Below are positions 44,111 to 55,405 of a stretch of 64,000 nt of DNA, one piece after another (within the stretch, counting starts at the first letter, position 1; the number at the start of each line of letters is the position of its first letter). Under the pieces are notes generated by a model, which did no database searches, was not told the DNA's origin, and worked only from the letters and a program-made list of their open reading frames with translations. Both the position numbers and the translations under genes were made by a program. Where the stretch lies: positions 32,001 through 96,000 of the forward strand of contig JAWLHY010000004.1 of assembly GCA_041690135.1 (NCBI GenBank), written 5' to 3'. The stretch is from Armatimonadota bacterium (GTDB taxonomy: Bacteria > Armatimonadota > SYMT01).

Positions 44111-45652
44111 TCACCTTCTCCGGTAGATCGCGAACTGGTAGTCCGGCAGGAGGTGCTTGGGAACGTCGGGGGTGCCGAACTCGGCCGCCTTCTCGTAGTT
44201 GTGCTCGAACTCGCGACGGTCGTTCTCGTTGGCAAACATCGGCACCTTGGAGTTGAGGGTTGCGTTCTTCCGCAGGAACTCCGGGCGCTCCACGACGTAG
44301 TCGGGACGGTACTTTCGAAGCATTTCCGCGAACCAGCCGGCGCCGGCCCGGTTCAGCGGCACCAACTCCGGAGACACCAGGCCCACCTCATCCAGCACGG
44401 GGCGCCGCGAGTAGTAGCCGATGTAGCCGATCGGCTCCATCGCGATGAGCGCATCCTCGGGAGTATTCTCGCGGAGCCAGACGCCGATCTGCCGCCGGAC
44501 CCCATTTTCCGCTCGCTGAATCCGCCGGGCGCCCAGCCCCACATAGCCCAACCAGAAGACCAATCCCACCCCCAGAATCACGGGGGCCAGAACGCGACCG
44601 CTCTCGGGTAGTCTCCACCGCCCCCACGGCTCCCGCATCCAGGCGGCAAACCCCAGAGCCGCCAGCACAAAGGGGGCCAGGAGGAACGGTGGGTAATACC
44701 AGGTGAAGAGCAGCGTCTTCGGTAAGACAAGATAAGCCCACCAGGCGAAAAAGAGGAGCGGCAGGGCGCGGAGCCGGGAATCGCGCCAGGCTTCCACGAC
44801 ACCACGCAGCAGACACGGAAGCAGCACCAGGGTCACCAGCCACCGGGACCACGGGCCCCGGATGGGCGCCAGTTGCGAGAGGGTGTCCCAGAGGTTCGGC
44901 AGCGGGCTCGGCCGGTGGAGGTTGTAGGCGGCCGCCTTGGCGGGAATGCTGTGGGGAACGGGCGTGCCGTAGTAGAGTGTCGCGCTTACCAGCCAGGGTA
45001 GCACCAATAGCCCCGCGATCAGAGCCGTGCGCCAGGGCAGGCGACCCGTGTTCCGGAAATGCAAACCCACGACCACTAAACCCGCCAGCGCGCCCTCCGG
45101 ACGCACCAGGGCCAGCAGTCCCAGCGGGATTCCCACCGCCAGGGGGCGCTCTTCCGCTCCGGCCTCGATCCCCCCCAACAGCACCAGCGTGAGGAGCAGG
45201 AGGGCGAACGCCGTCTCCATACCGCTCACTCCCACCTGCACCATCAGCGGCGATAGACCGAACAAAAGACCGAGAAAGAGGACCGCCTCCGCTCTTCCCG
45301 TGCGGCGCAGGAGAAACCGGCCCCACAGCCAGAGGGTAGCCCCATCGGCCATCACGGCGAAAAACTTGGCGACTGTGAGCGCGGGCGCTCCGATATAGGT
45401 CAACCCCGAGAGGAAAAGCACGTATAACGGTGTAGAGGCGCCGAAGACCCTCTGCCCGGGGTTGTAGACGAGTCCCAGCCCGTTTGCCAGGTTCTCCGCA
45501 TAGCGGAGCGAAATATAGGCGTCCTCGAAGGTGGCGCCGGTGACGGCCCAGAAACAGCCGCGCACCAGCACGGCCAGGGCGACCAGGGTGGCCAGCAAGA
45601 CTACCGGAGTATTATTTCCGGACTTCTGGGGAACCGAAGGGGATGCAGGCAA
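44111..45652 (-). CDS. Polytopic membrane protein, GT-C glycosyltransferase-like
   Basis: EDAYISLRYAENL, SGMET, RPEG, IGYIGYYS...DEVGLV. Confidence 0.75.
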   Translation of the reverse strand: MPASPSVPQKSGNNTPVVLLATLVALAVLVRGCFWAVTGATFEDAYISLRYAENLANGLGLVYNPGQRVFGASTPLYVLFLSGLTYIGAPALTVAKFFAVMADGATLWLWGRFLLRRTGRAEAVLFLGLLFGLSPLMVQVGVSGMETAFALLLLTLVLLGGIEAGAEERPLAVGIPLGLLALVRPEGALAGLVVVGLHFRNTGRLPWRTALIAGLLVLPWLVSATLYYGTPVPHSIPAKAAAYNLHRPSPLPNLWDTLSQLAPIRGPWSRWLVTLVLLPCLLRGVVEAWRDSRLRALPLLFFAWWAYLVLPKTLLFTWYYPPFLLAPFVLAALGFAAWMREPWGRWRLPESGRVLAPVILGVGLVFWLGYVGLGARRIQRAENGVRRQIGVWLRENTPEDALIAMEPIGYIGYYSRRPVLDEVGLVSPELVPLNRAGAGWFAEMLRKYRPDYVVERPEFLRKNATLNSKVPMFANENDRREFEHNYEKAAEFGTPDVPKHLLPDYQFAIYRRR

Positions 45653-45769
45653 AGGCTCAGCCAGGGTTGGGGAGAGTAGGACCGGCTCCCGCGCCGGCCC
45701 GGCTCCCTGATTGTAGGATGGGAGGGTTCCGGCGTCAACGGATTCACCAACTGGAAGGAGTGCCGCGCG

Positions 45770-46471
45770 ATGGAGACTCGACGGATTCCGCTATTCCCGC
45801 TGAACGTAGTCCTATTTCCGGGGATGCTGCTGCCACTGCACATCTTCGAGCCGCGGTACAGGGAGATGGTCCGGGATTGCCTGAATGCGGATCGCCGTTT
45901 CGGAGTGTGTCTCATTGCCTCGGGAGAAGAAGTGGGCGGACCCGCGGAGCCCTGCCGGGTCGGCACCCTCTGTGAGATTCTCCAGGTTACTCCCGCGGAA
46001 GGCGAAAACCAGGAAGCGGTCGAGATTACAGCGGGTCGGATGAATCTCCTTACGGTCGGCCGGGAGCGGTTCGAGGTACTTGCCCTCCACCACACCGCGC
46101 CCTACCTCGAAGCGGATATCCGCCTTCTGCCCGACGACCCGCAGGACTCCGGCCCCGAAGAACTGGCGGCAGCCGTGCATGCCGCTGCCAGTGACCTCCT
46201 TAACGAGCTTCTCGCCCTGCAAGGCGAAACCCGCCAGAAGGTGCAACTGCCGGGAGATCCGGAGGCCCTTTCGCATGCGGTGGCAGCCATCCTTCCCAGT
46301 CCGCTGCCTGTCCGCCAGCAACTCCTGGAAATGCGCACCGCCCGAGAGCGCCTATCCCGCCAATTGGAGTTACTGGCTGCCGAGGCAGAGCAACTGGCCG
46401 TGTTGAAGGAGAACATGCCTATCGTCGCCCGCCCGTTCGAGTTCCAACCGGATAATTTCAATCCCAACTAG
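45770..46471 (+). CDS. LON peptidase substrate-binding (LON_N) domain protein
   Basis: IPLFPLNVVLFPGMLLPLHIFEPRYREMV. Confidence 0.9.
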   Translation: METRRIPLFPLNVVLFPGMLLPLHIFEPRYREMVRDCLNADRRFGVCLIASGEEVGGPAEPCRVGTLCEILQVTPAEGENQEAVEITAGRMNLLTVGRERFEVLALHHTAPYLEADIRLLPDDPQDSGPEELAAAVHAAASDLLNELLALQGETRQKVQLPGDPEALSHAVAAILPSPLPVRQQLLEMRTARERLSRQLELLAAEAEQLAVLKENMPIVARPFEFQPDNFNPN

Positions 46472-46589
46472 CATGCGCAGAATTCTTCTCTCCCGATAGG
46501 TTTTAGACACGGGCATCCCTGGTAAATACCCGTAGGTTTACCGCCTGTCTGCAAGCTGAATGCTTGACTACGAGAAGGAGAGAATTCCG

Positions 46590-47180
46590 ATGACGCTTCG
46601 ACTCACTGGGGCGCTTCTTACCGCTATGGTGGGACTCGTGCTGGCCACTCCGGCCCAGTCGCAGCAGCGAAGGCTACGCGTCGCTGTAATGCCGGCCCTG
46701 TACTTCTCTGCCGACGAGCAGAGCGCCGTCAACCTCACCCAGGGTCTCGTCGCCCAGTACGAACAGCAGGGCTACGAGGTCATTCCGATGGACGACGCGC
46801 GCACCAAGTTCCAGGGCATGGGCCTCAGCCGCACCACGCACTACCCGGATATGACTGCTCTGCGTTTCGGCCGTGAACTCGGCGCCGACCTGGTCGCCTA
46901 TCCTCGCCTCCTGGCCGTGGGTATCCCGATCAACGACGAGCCGAATGAGAACTCGCTGTTCCAGCCGTCCGCCGTCGTGCACCTCCGCGTGCTCAACGTC
47001 CACAGCCGTCAGCCGATCTATTTCCGGCAGGTTGGCCATAACTTCAACGTAGCCGGCGAATTCAACGCCGCCGAGTTCTCGCTGCCGCAGCCGGTCGCCA
47101 CGGCCGCCGCCGGCGATGTGATGCAGAACTACTTCGACCGCGTGGCGGGCAGCCGCCAGGAGATCCGCACCACCCGATAA
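46590..47180 (+). CDS. Exported hypothetical protein
   Basis: AGGAG RBS; signal peptide; RVAVMP...GRELGADLV pattern resembling CsgG/TolB-N-like folds. Confidence 0.7.
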   Translation: MTLRLTGALLTAMVGLVLATPAQSQQRRLRVAVMPALYFSADEQSAVNLTQGLVAQYEQQGYEVIPMDDARTKFQGMGLSRTTHYPDMTALRFGRELGADLVAYPRLLAVGIPINDEPNENSLFQPSAVVHLRVLNVHSRQPIYFRQVGHNFNVAGEFNAAEFSLPQPVATAAAGDVMQNYFDRVAGSRQEIRTTR

Positions 47181-47336
47181 GGGAGCGCAGCGCCCGCTCA
47201 TGTGAGCGAGTGTAGGAATCCGAGCGGGGACGAGGCGGCGGCCTCGTCCCCGCTTCGCTTGTACGCCCTTTGCGGGAAGTGGCAGGAAGGGATGTACCGT
47301 CTCCCGGGAGAACCGCTCCGGTAGTGAGGTACTGAA

Positions 47337-48113
<777 letters not shown>

Positions 48114-48114
48114 T

Positions 48115-48153
48115 GGATCAGGATCGAGAGGATCAGGATCGAGAGGATCAGGA
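48115..48153. repeat. Short tandem repeat (15-bp unit GGATCAGGATCGAGA, about 2.6 copies)
   Basis: Directly visible after the SDR stop codon. Confidence 0.7.
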
Positions 48154-48283
48154 AAGGGAGCGAGGTACCCGGTGCAGGTTCCCAGCCTGACGGGGGATTA
48201 TGCCGGAGCACGCGGCCGTGCAAACCGGGCCGGCGCAATTGCGCCGGCCCGGTTAGCTCCTTGCCGTTGCCGGCAACCGCTGC

Positions 48284-51200
48284 TTACCTGAGCTGAAGGC
48301 CCAGGCGGTTGGCCTTCTTCGCCATCGGCAACACTACGATGCTGCCATCCGGGCGCGCACCGTCCGCGCCCGTCGAGGTGCTGTCCGGACGGAAAATCCG
48401 AATGCGCCGCCTTCCGGTTACCTGTATGGAGAAGAGCCCGCTGGCCCGCGGGATGGGTGTGCTCGTAATGCTGAAGAGCAGCACCCGGACTCGCCCGTCC
48501 GGCTGCGGGTTTTGCGCGATCTGGAGATCGCTGCGGTTAAGTCCCAGGCTGACGGCGTTCAACTGGCCTCCCGCCAGGTCCAGATCGAAGGCCATGGCCG
48601 AGATCGACTCCCGGGCGGGATTGAAGTTCAGCCGGTAGGTTTTCGGCCTCACCCGCGCGTCGGGACTTATCCCCGCAGCTTTGCTTTCCCCCGTGACGTT
48701 CAGGAACAGGTTCACGAGCTGTTGGATGTCGCCCACGTCGATCCCACCGTTGCCGTTGAGATCATGCAGGGCCGGCACAAAGGTGGCCGTGCCCAAGAAA
48801 ACGTTGACGATCATCTGAACGTCCCCGACGTCGACCGAGCCATTGCCGTTCAGATCGCCGCGCAAGCCGAACTGGATCGTAGATGCCGTCGCCGTGGAAT
48901 TGAAGATGCTGCCGCCGGGATCGGTGACCTGAACGCCGGCGCTACTGGTGTCCGGAAGCACGACCCGGACCTGCGTACTGGTGCCCGCAATGCCGGCGGC
49001 CGCCGTGACTGAGACATTGGCAACATTGCCGGAACTGAAGGACGTGCGGTTGGCGACCCCAAAGATCAGACACCGCAAACGTCCGGGACTCACCAGGCTC
49101 GTTTGGACATCCACCCCACTGGGGAGAGCACCGCGTGCCGCGGAAAGGGTGGTGATCTTCGTGGTGTCGTAGAGCAGGTCGAAGCCGGCCGCCGTCACCT
49201 GGCCGCCGTTCGCCGCGAACTGCAGCGGGATCGAGCCCGTGCTTCCAGGGGAGAGTGTTCCATTCGCCAGCACAAATGCGGGCGAACCGCCGCCCGGCGC
49301 GGGAATGGTGAAGTTGCCGTTGCTGGTATCCCGGCAGGTCGCGTTGTTGACGGCACTTACCCGGACACGGCACTGATTGCTCGCTTGGCCTGGGACAGTG
49401 ATGCTCTGGCTGCCGTCGTTAGGCGTATTCGCCAGAAGCGTCGTGTAAGAGGTGCCGTCATTGGTTGACAGCTCGATTTTCACCTCGCCCACGACATTCT
49501 GGCTCGTCCAGGTAACCGCCTGCGTGGAGCCCTGCTGCCAGGTTTCTCCGCCGTTCGGCGAGATGACCGTGATCGTCCATTCTGGCTCACCGATGATGAA
49601 GTTCGCGTTGCTGATATCTGCTGCGCCCGAATTGTCGACCGCACTGACCCGGACTCGGCACTGGTTGCTCGGCGTATTCGGGACGGTCACGCTCTCCGAA
49701 CCGTCGTTGGGGGTGCTCGGCGCCAACGTGGAGTAGGTCGTTCCTCCATTGGTGGACAGCTCGATCCTCACTCCGCCGCCCACGTTCTCACTCGTCCAGG
49801 TGACCGCCTGGGTGGTTCCTGGGACCCAGGTCTCGCCGCCGTTTGGAGAGGATACCGTCACGCTCGCATCGGGGACGATCGGCACCAGAGCGGGTCCGCA
49901 AATGCGGATGTCATCCAACCAGACGCCGTCATGAACGACGCTGCCGTCCGTAATAAGGCGGAAACGCACTTTCAGGTTCTGGCCGAGATAGTCATGTAAC
50001 GGTATCAGGTACTCGCGCCAGTCCGATGTACCAGTGAGGCGGAGCGACTGGCGCTGCCAGGTGCTTCCATTGTTGCTGGAGACTTCCACGTACAGGTAAT
50101 CGTACTGGACCTCGAGGTCCGTCTTCGCGCGGAACATCAGAGATGGGATCATCCCAGTCAGGGCCGGCGAGGCGTTGGTGCTCAGCGAGAGATCGACGCT
50201 GTCGGCGTACGACCCACTCGGACTGTCCGTGTAGGAATGCGTCGGACTGAAGCTCTCCGTCGTTGTCACGGCCCAGGGCGAGCTCCCCGAAAGTTGGGGG
50301 GCGCCTTCCACGGTCTCCTCGAATACGCAGGGCGTCTCGGCGATGCAGATCTTGATATCGTCGAGGTAGACGCCGTCCAGGGTGACGCTTCCGTCGGTGA
50401 TGAACCGGAACCGCACGCGGATACTCTGACCCTGGAAGCTCGCGAGCGGCACGGTGTACGCGGTCCAGTTCGCGGAGCCGTTCAGCACGAGGCTTTGCCG
50501 CCGCCAGGTGGTCCCGTTGTCCGCGCTCACCTCGATGTAGACATAGTCAAAGCCGGATTCCAGATCGTATTTCGCTTTGAAGTTGAGGCTCGCGTCTCCC
50601 GTGATCGCGACCGCGGCACTCTGCGTCAGCGAGAGGTCGATGTTGTTGCCATAGGCACCCGCGGGGCTGTCCGTGTAGGAGCGAGTGGGACTTACACTCT
50701 GGGAAGTAGTGGTTCCCCAGGGAGACTGGCCGGTGAAGCGCAAGGCGCCCTCGACATTATCGTCGAGCGGGCAGAGAACGGTAAGCGTGCGGAACGGGCC
50801 GGCCGTGGCGATGGCGGACGGGTTGCCGACGTTATCCAGGGCTCGGATGGCGAAATGGTAGCTGGTGTTCGGGTCCAGCCCGGAAACGAAGTACGCTTGC
50901 GCAGACCCCGAAGGGAGGGGTGCGGGTGCACCCGCGGCCAGCGTGGCGGACGCGAAGTTACCGGGCGTAATGACCTGTGTACTGTAGCGGATCTCCAGGC
51001 GGCTGGCTGCGCCGGAGCTTCCGTCATCACCGGAGGTGGTCCACGCCAGCAGCATGCCGTTGACAGCCTGGTGAGTAGCGCGAAAACTAATCGGGGCGCC
51101 GGGAGCGAAGGTGTCGTTCTCCACGGCATTGTTGACGTTCAGGCGTCCCCCGGTAACACAAAGTCCATTGAATCCGGCGGGCCGGTCCACCCCTCCCAGG

Positions 51201-52411
51201 ATGCGCCCGATGAGTTGCGACACACTTGCGGTGGGGAACTGGGCAAGGACGAGCGCCGCGGCTCCGGCGACATGCGGACACGCCATAGACGTCCCGTTAA
51301 ACGACGCATAGGCGTTGTTTGGGATGGTGCTTAAAATAGAATCTCCCGGTGCGAACAGGTCGACCGACGCTGCTCCGAAGTTGGAGAACGATGCCGGCTG
51401 GTCATTGCGATCGGAAGCGCCAACGGACAGAACGTTCTCGACTGCGTACGAGGAGGGGTAGTGGGGGGAAGCATCCGTGTTTTCCGTGTTATTTCCTGCA
51501 GCCGCCACGAACAGGATGTTCGCGTTGCGCGCACGCTGGATCGCTTCCAGAAGCAACTGGCTGTAACCACCGCCTCCCCAGCTATTGCTCATCACGCGGG
51601 CGCCGTTGTTCCGGGCGAAATCGATGCACTGGATAGCGGCGGAGAGATTCCCAAAACCATCGGCAGCAAGGAACTTCAAGGGTATGATCTTCACGCGCCA
51701 GTTCACGCCCGTCACTCCCGAGGCATTGTTTCCCCGACCTCCGATGGTGCCGGCACAGTGGGTGCCGTGATCATGGTCGTCCATCGGATCGGCGTCTCCG
51801 TTCACGTAATCGAAGCCGACAACCCGGTTATTAGCGTCCCGTAGAATATTTTGCGTGAGGTCCTCGTGGTTGTAATCCACGCCCGTATCGATCACCGCCA
51901 CGACGATGGTGTCGCTTCCCTGGACCCGGTCCCACGCCTCCGGCGCATCGATGTCCGCATCCGGAGTGCCGCCGTTCTGACCCGTGTTGTGAAGGCCCCA
52001 CAACTCGTCGAAACGGGTATCGTTTGGGATCGCGAGCACTCGCTGGATATAGTCCGGCTCCGCCACCCGCACGGCAGGGTCGCTTCGGAGCTGCCGGAGG
52101 ACTGCCTTGGTGTCGAGTCCTGCTGCCCGGGCGCCGGGCGTCAGCACCACGCGGGAGAAGAAGGGACTCTCAACCTTGCGATCGAGCATCACCCCAGCGC
52201 GCGAGAGAGCATTCATCCGGGCCACCCGTGGCGCGGGCTGCTTGAAGGCTACCAGGATACCCGATGACTCGGGCGGTGCAGCCTTTGCTGCCGGAGCGTT
52301 ACCTGCTGCTTCCCGGCTGGAAATCAAACCGCTACTCGCGCAAATAACAAGCGCTGTAGTGGCAAGCGCCCGGCGCCAAAACATGCGTGCCGGAGGGCAA
52401 GTCTGCGTCAT
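48284..52411 (-). CDS. Large secreted S8 protease with FnIII, jelly-roll repeats, Ig-like repeats, cohesin-like and dockerin-like domains
   Basis: VIDTG, HGTHCAG, AAGN, GTSMACP; two SPNGGETW repeats; GFDLLYDTT; duplicated DLNGNG..DVGD. Confidence 0.9.
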   Translation of the reverse strand: MTQTCPPARMFWRRALATTALVICASSGLISSREAAGNAPAAKAAPPESSGILVAFKQPAPRVARMNALSRAGVMLDRKVESPFFSRVVLTPGARAAGLDTKAVLRQLRSDPAVRVAEPDYIQRVLAIPNDTRFDELWGLHNTGQNGGTPDADIDAPEAWDRVQGSDTIVVAVIDTGVDYNHEDLTQNILRDANNRVVGFDYVNGDADPMDDHDHGTHCAGTIGGRGNNASGVTGVNWRVKIIPLKFLAADGFGNLSAAIQCIDFARNNGARVMSNSWGGGGYSQLLLEAIQRARNANILFVAAAGNNTENTDASPHYPSSYAVENVLSVGASDRNDQPASFSNFGAASVDLFAPGDSILSTIPNNAYASFNGTSMACPHVAGAAALVLAQFPTASVSQLIGRILGGVDRPAGFNGLCVTGGRLNVNNAVENDTFAPGAPISFRATHQAVNGMLLAWTTSGDDGSSGAASRLEIRYSTQVITPGNFASATLAAGAPAPLPSGSAQAYFVSGLDPNTSYHFAIRALDNVGNPSAIATAGPFRTLTVLCPLDDNVEGALRFTGQSPWGTTTSQSVSPTRSYTDSPAGAYGNNIDLSLTQSAAVAITGDASLNFKAKYDLESGFDYVYIEVSADNGTTWRRQSLVLNGSANWTAYTVPLASFQGQSIRVRFRFITDGSVTLDGVYLDDIKICIAETPCVFEETVEGAPQLSGSSPWAVTTTESFSPTHSYTDSPSGSYADSVDLSLSTNASPALTGMIPSLMFRAKTDLEVQYDYLYVEVSSNNGSTWQRQSLRLTGTSDWREYLIPLHDYLGQNLKVRFRLITDGSVVHDGVWLDDIRICGPALVPIVPDASVTVSSPNGGETWVPGTTQAVTWTSENVGGGVRIELSTNGGTTYSTLAPSTPNDGSESVTVPNTPSNQCRVRVSAVDNSGAADISNANFIIGEPEWTITVISPNGGETWQQGSTQAVTWTSQNVVGEVKIELSTNDGTSYTTLLANTPNDGSQSITVPGQASNQCRVRVSAVNNATCRDTSNGNFTIPAPGGGSPAFVLANGTLSPGSTGSIPLQFAANGGQVTAAGFDLLYDTTKITTLSAARGALPSGVDVQTSLVSPGRLRCLIFGVANRTSFSSGNVANVSVTAAAGIAGTSTQVRVVLPDTSSAGVQVTDPGGSIFNSTATASTIQFGLRGDLNGNGSVDVGDVQMIVNVFLGTATFVPALHDLNGNGGIDVGDIQQLVNLFLNVTGESKAAGISPDARVRPKTYRLNFNPARESISAMAFDLDLAGGQLNAVSLGLNRSDLQIAQNPQPDGRVRVLLFSITSTPIPRASGLFSIQVTGRRRIRIFRPDSTSTGADGARPDGSIVVLPMAKKANRLGLQLR

Positions 52412-52619
52412 ACCGACCTCCTTGGAACGTGAGCCGCATTTCTGGAGTGCTACCGGGCAGCCGGCTTACTACAAAGGTTGCAACCCGTAACCCAGATAAC
52501 ATCCCATCGGCATAATGCCAGCAGGTCAGATTTTGGATGCTGATTGACTAGTTTTTTCCTACGCCACAGTATCGGGACTTACGGACGATTCCTTGGTACC
52601 TGCTCCCAGGGCGTCTTTC

Positions 52620-52990
52620 TGGGCCCGTAGCCATCGAGCGCCACCCCCGCTGGGTCCCCACGAAACTTGCCAACCGGCAGCGGTCCGGCGCCTCATACTC
52701 GGCCGCAGCCATCCAGGCCCGGAGTTCCGTTTCCAGCGCTTCCCACGGCAGGATCTGCAGGACCTTAAAGAGGGTACCGACCGCCGGGGTCCGCCCGTGA
52801 TTGAAGCCGAGTTTCTTGCGCTCCCGCTTGGAGAGTTTCCGGACCCATTGGGCGACCGGGGGGGTAGCCGTGGATCCCCGAGAGCATCGCCAAACACAGC
52901 AGTATCAGGATGGCGACCAGCGGATGACGCCGCCCCCGTGGGTCCCGTGGGTCGGGGACCTGCGCCAGATAAACGCGGAGCGGTGATAGG
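52620..52990 (-). mobile_element. ISAs1-family transposase remnant (frameshifted, truncated)
   Basis: Manual translation LAQVPDPRDPRGRRHPLVAILILLCLAMLSGIHGY, frameshift in the G7 run at 52858-52864, then VAQWVRKL...LGF...TPAVGTLFKVL...LRAW, then VALDG in another frame. Confidence 0.8.
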
Positions 52991-53343
52991 GCGACCTACC
53001 GGCGTCGCGGCCTGGCGACCAACTCGGAAAAGTGCCGCGTTCCGGACGGCGAACTCTGGGACAGCGGAGCGAGGGGCAGCGGAGGTCTTTTCTTTTCACT
53101 TTCACTCTCGAAAGAATCTTCGGCCGTCACTCCGCTTCCGATTCAGCTCCGTGTCGTACCCAACCTTCCCTCTTCAGCCCGGCCGAGAATCGAAACACCC
53201 TGCGGATGGGACGAATGAACACGGATGATTGTACGTTCGCCGGATTTGCCGGGGGCAGCGCTAGGCCCACCCCGGCAAATCTCCGGTCGCCCCTCTGGGG
53301 CTGCCAATCCGATCACACCGATATCTCCCCCCCGCCTCTACGA

Positions 53344-54384
53344 TCAGGGACGGACTCTGGCGGAGCGAGAATGAGCCGGTGCACTGCGATACCGCTCTTT
53401 CCACTGGCTGAAATCGAAGCTCTCCCAGAACTGTCTTCCGGCGGTCAGCCCGGACTGGTAGAGAGTTGCCACTTGCTGCGGTGAAAGTCCGAAATCAGTG
53501 CCTGAAACCCCATCAGTGGGGATCGGGATGGTTCGTGCAAACTCCCGATCTTCGATGTACCGCGCATCGTTCGCCTCCAGCATCGTGGAAATCAAGGCAC
53601 CAAACATACTGATTGGCCCGTTGATTTCCCACCGCCGCTGCCATTGGTCTTGGGGAACTTTGCGCTGGTCACCTTCGACCAGCTTGAATCCGATGGTTGG
53701 CCATTCGGGCTCATGGCCCTTGGGTGTATCAAAAAGCCAGACGGGGAAGCTGCTTACTACTCCACCATCAACGATATAGCAGGTGCGGCCCTGCTGATCC
53801 TGAAGTGTCACTGGTTCAAAGAAGAAGGGAATACTCATGCTCATACGAACCGCGAAGGCAACATCCAGTTGATCCGGATCGCGACCAAAACGCTTAATAT
53901 CGTGAGGCAATCGCAGCATCCGGCAATGTGTTACGTCGGTTGCGATTACTTGAAGCTTATACCGGTACCTCTCATCGTTGGCGTACGGTTGCAGAATCAG
54001 ATCACTAAACGTATGGACATTCTTTCTTGCCAGGAGTTCACGAAGCCATTCTTCGAAGTAATCTCCCTCATATAGCCCTTTTTCCAGACCAACACTGAGG
54101 ATAGGTCCGAGTCCAGGTATGCCACTGAAAAAATCTCGCTGCAGGAACTTCCTGAAGTTCAGGCCCTTTAGAATCAGTTCTAGCTCGTCGGCCGAATATC
54201 CGGCTGCCACGAGCGCGGCAACAATGGCACCCGCGGAGGTACCCGCAACATTGACAAAGGTGCAATTCTGTTCCTCTGTGGCCCTTACCGCGCCAACTAG
54301 ACCGATTCCCTTCACCCCGCCGCCTTCGAAGACGGCATCAATATTCCCGGAGTAGTGATGGACGTTCGCTGTTTGGTCGGTCAT
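53344..54384 (-). CDS. Patatin-like phospholipase
   Basis: EGGGVKG, GTSAG, DGG; visibly lower GC than flanking genes. Confidence 0.92.
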   Translation of the reverse strand: MTDQTANVHHYSGNIDAVFEGGGVKGIGLVGAVRATEEQNCTFVNVAGTSAGAIVAALVAAGYSADELELILKGLNFRKFLQRDFFSGIPGLGPILSVGLEKGLYEGDYFEEWLRELLARKNVHTFSDLILQPYANDERYRYKLQVIATDVTHCRMLRLPHDIKRFGRDPDQLDVAFAVRMSMSIPFFFEPVTLQDQQGRTCYIVDGGVVSSFPVWLFDTPKGHEPEWPTIGFKLVEGDQRKVPQDQWQRRWEINGPISMFGALISTMLEANDARYIEDREFARTIPIPTDGVSGTDFGLSPQQVATLYQSGLTAGRQFWESFDFSQWKERYRSAPAHSRSARVRP

Positions 54385-54475
54385 GGTCGTGATCTCCTGA
54401 TGTGATAAGTTGGTCCGAACTGTAAATCCGGAACCTGTGGCTAGAACCATTGCATTCTTGGTCGGCAGCTTCTCC

Positions 54476-55171
54476 TCAAACGCGGCGGCATCGCTGCAGC
54501 ACAGCCACTACGCCCAGAGTCGGTAGGAACAACAATACCGAAGTGGGCTCTGGAACAACCGGCTCCGACCCTTGGGCAACCAATTGCATCCCGGAGAGCC
54601 CTCCGCTTCCTGATGTACTGGAGGAGGCAACCAGTAGTGTGCCGCCAGTGACTTCCACAGCCACCTTCGTCCAGTCGCTTCCCTGGTTCAGGCTATCGCT
54701 GTTGGCGCCCGTGAGATTGGCGACGGGTGTTCCGTTGACCGTAAAAGGGCGGGTGGGAACTGCCGTGTTTGTCGGCGCATACAAATAGACCTGATAGAGT
54801 CCGTTCTCAAGATTGGAAAGGGTGACGGACCAGTGTCTCCCATTGAAGGCGAACATGTTATCGCCGCGCAACTTGGCGGGCTCGCTGGTGCCCACAAAGC
54901 TGTTACCGTCGAACGAATCGGCAACGACATTTACACCGACGGCGGTCGTCGCCCCGCCAACGTTCAGAAGGTGGCTGGTGGTGGCCTGGACGATTGGATT
55001 CCAGTGTCCCGGGCTTGCCGCGGCCGCCCCGAAGGTATTCGCTGGCAATCCGCTTGCGTGCCCAAAGTCAATGTTGATCGTCTGTGCATCCGCGGACTGC
55101 GCATCTCCAGGCAATCCGAGAGCCAGAACGGCACCCGTGAGAGCAATGCGGAGTGAGTTTCCGGTCTGCAT
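54476..55171 (-). CDS. PEP-CTERM sorting-domain surface protein
   Basis: Signal peptide; C-terminal VPEPTSVLLFLPTLGVVAVLQRCRRV. Confidence 0.88.
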   Translation of the reverse strand: MQTGNSLRIALTGAVLALGLPGDAQSADAQTINIDFGHASGLPANTFGAAAASPGHWNPIVQATTSHLLNVGGATTAVGVNVVADSFDGNSFVGTSEPAKLRGDNMFAFNGRHWSVTLSNLENGLYQVYLYAPTNTAVPTRPFTVNGTPVANLTGANSDSLNQGSDWTKVAVEVTGGTLLVASSSTSGSGGLSGMQLVAQGSEPVVPEPTSVLLFLPTLGVVAVLQRCRRV

Positions 55172-55405
55172 TGAGCCTCTCCTAGCTGTTAACCCGGGGG
55201 CACCGTATTGTTCCGGTCCGGGACTTGATAGATGGCTGGCGTTTTGATACCACCCCGCTCTACACGAAATCTCCCGGGTCCGTCACAAGTTCATCAAACA
55301 GCCTCTTGACGTCCATGACGGGCAGGCGACGCTGCCCCAAAGCGGTAACCTAATCCTGACGAAACCGATTGGTGGAGCGAACGGGTGACGGCAGGTGAGG
55401 TGCAA

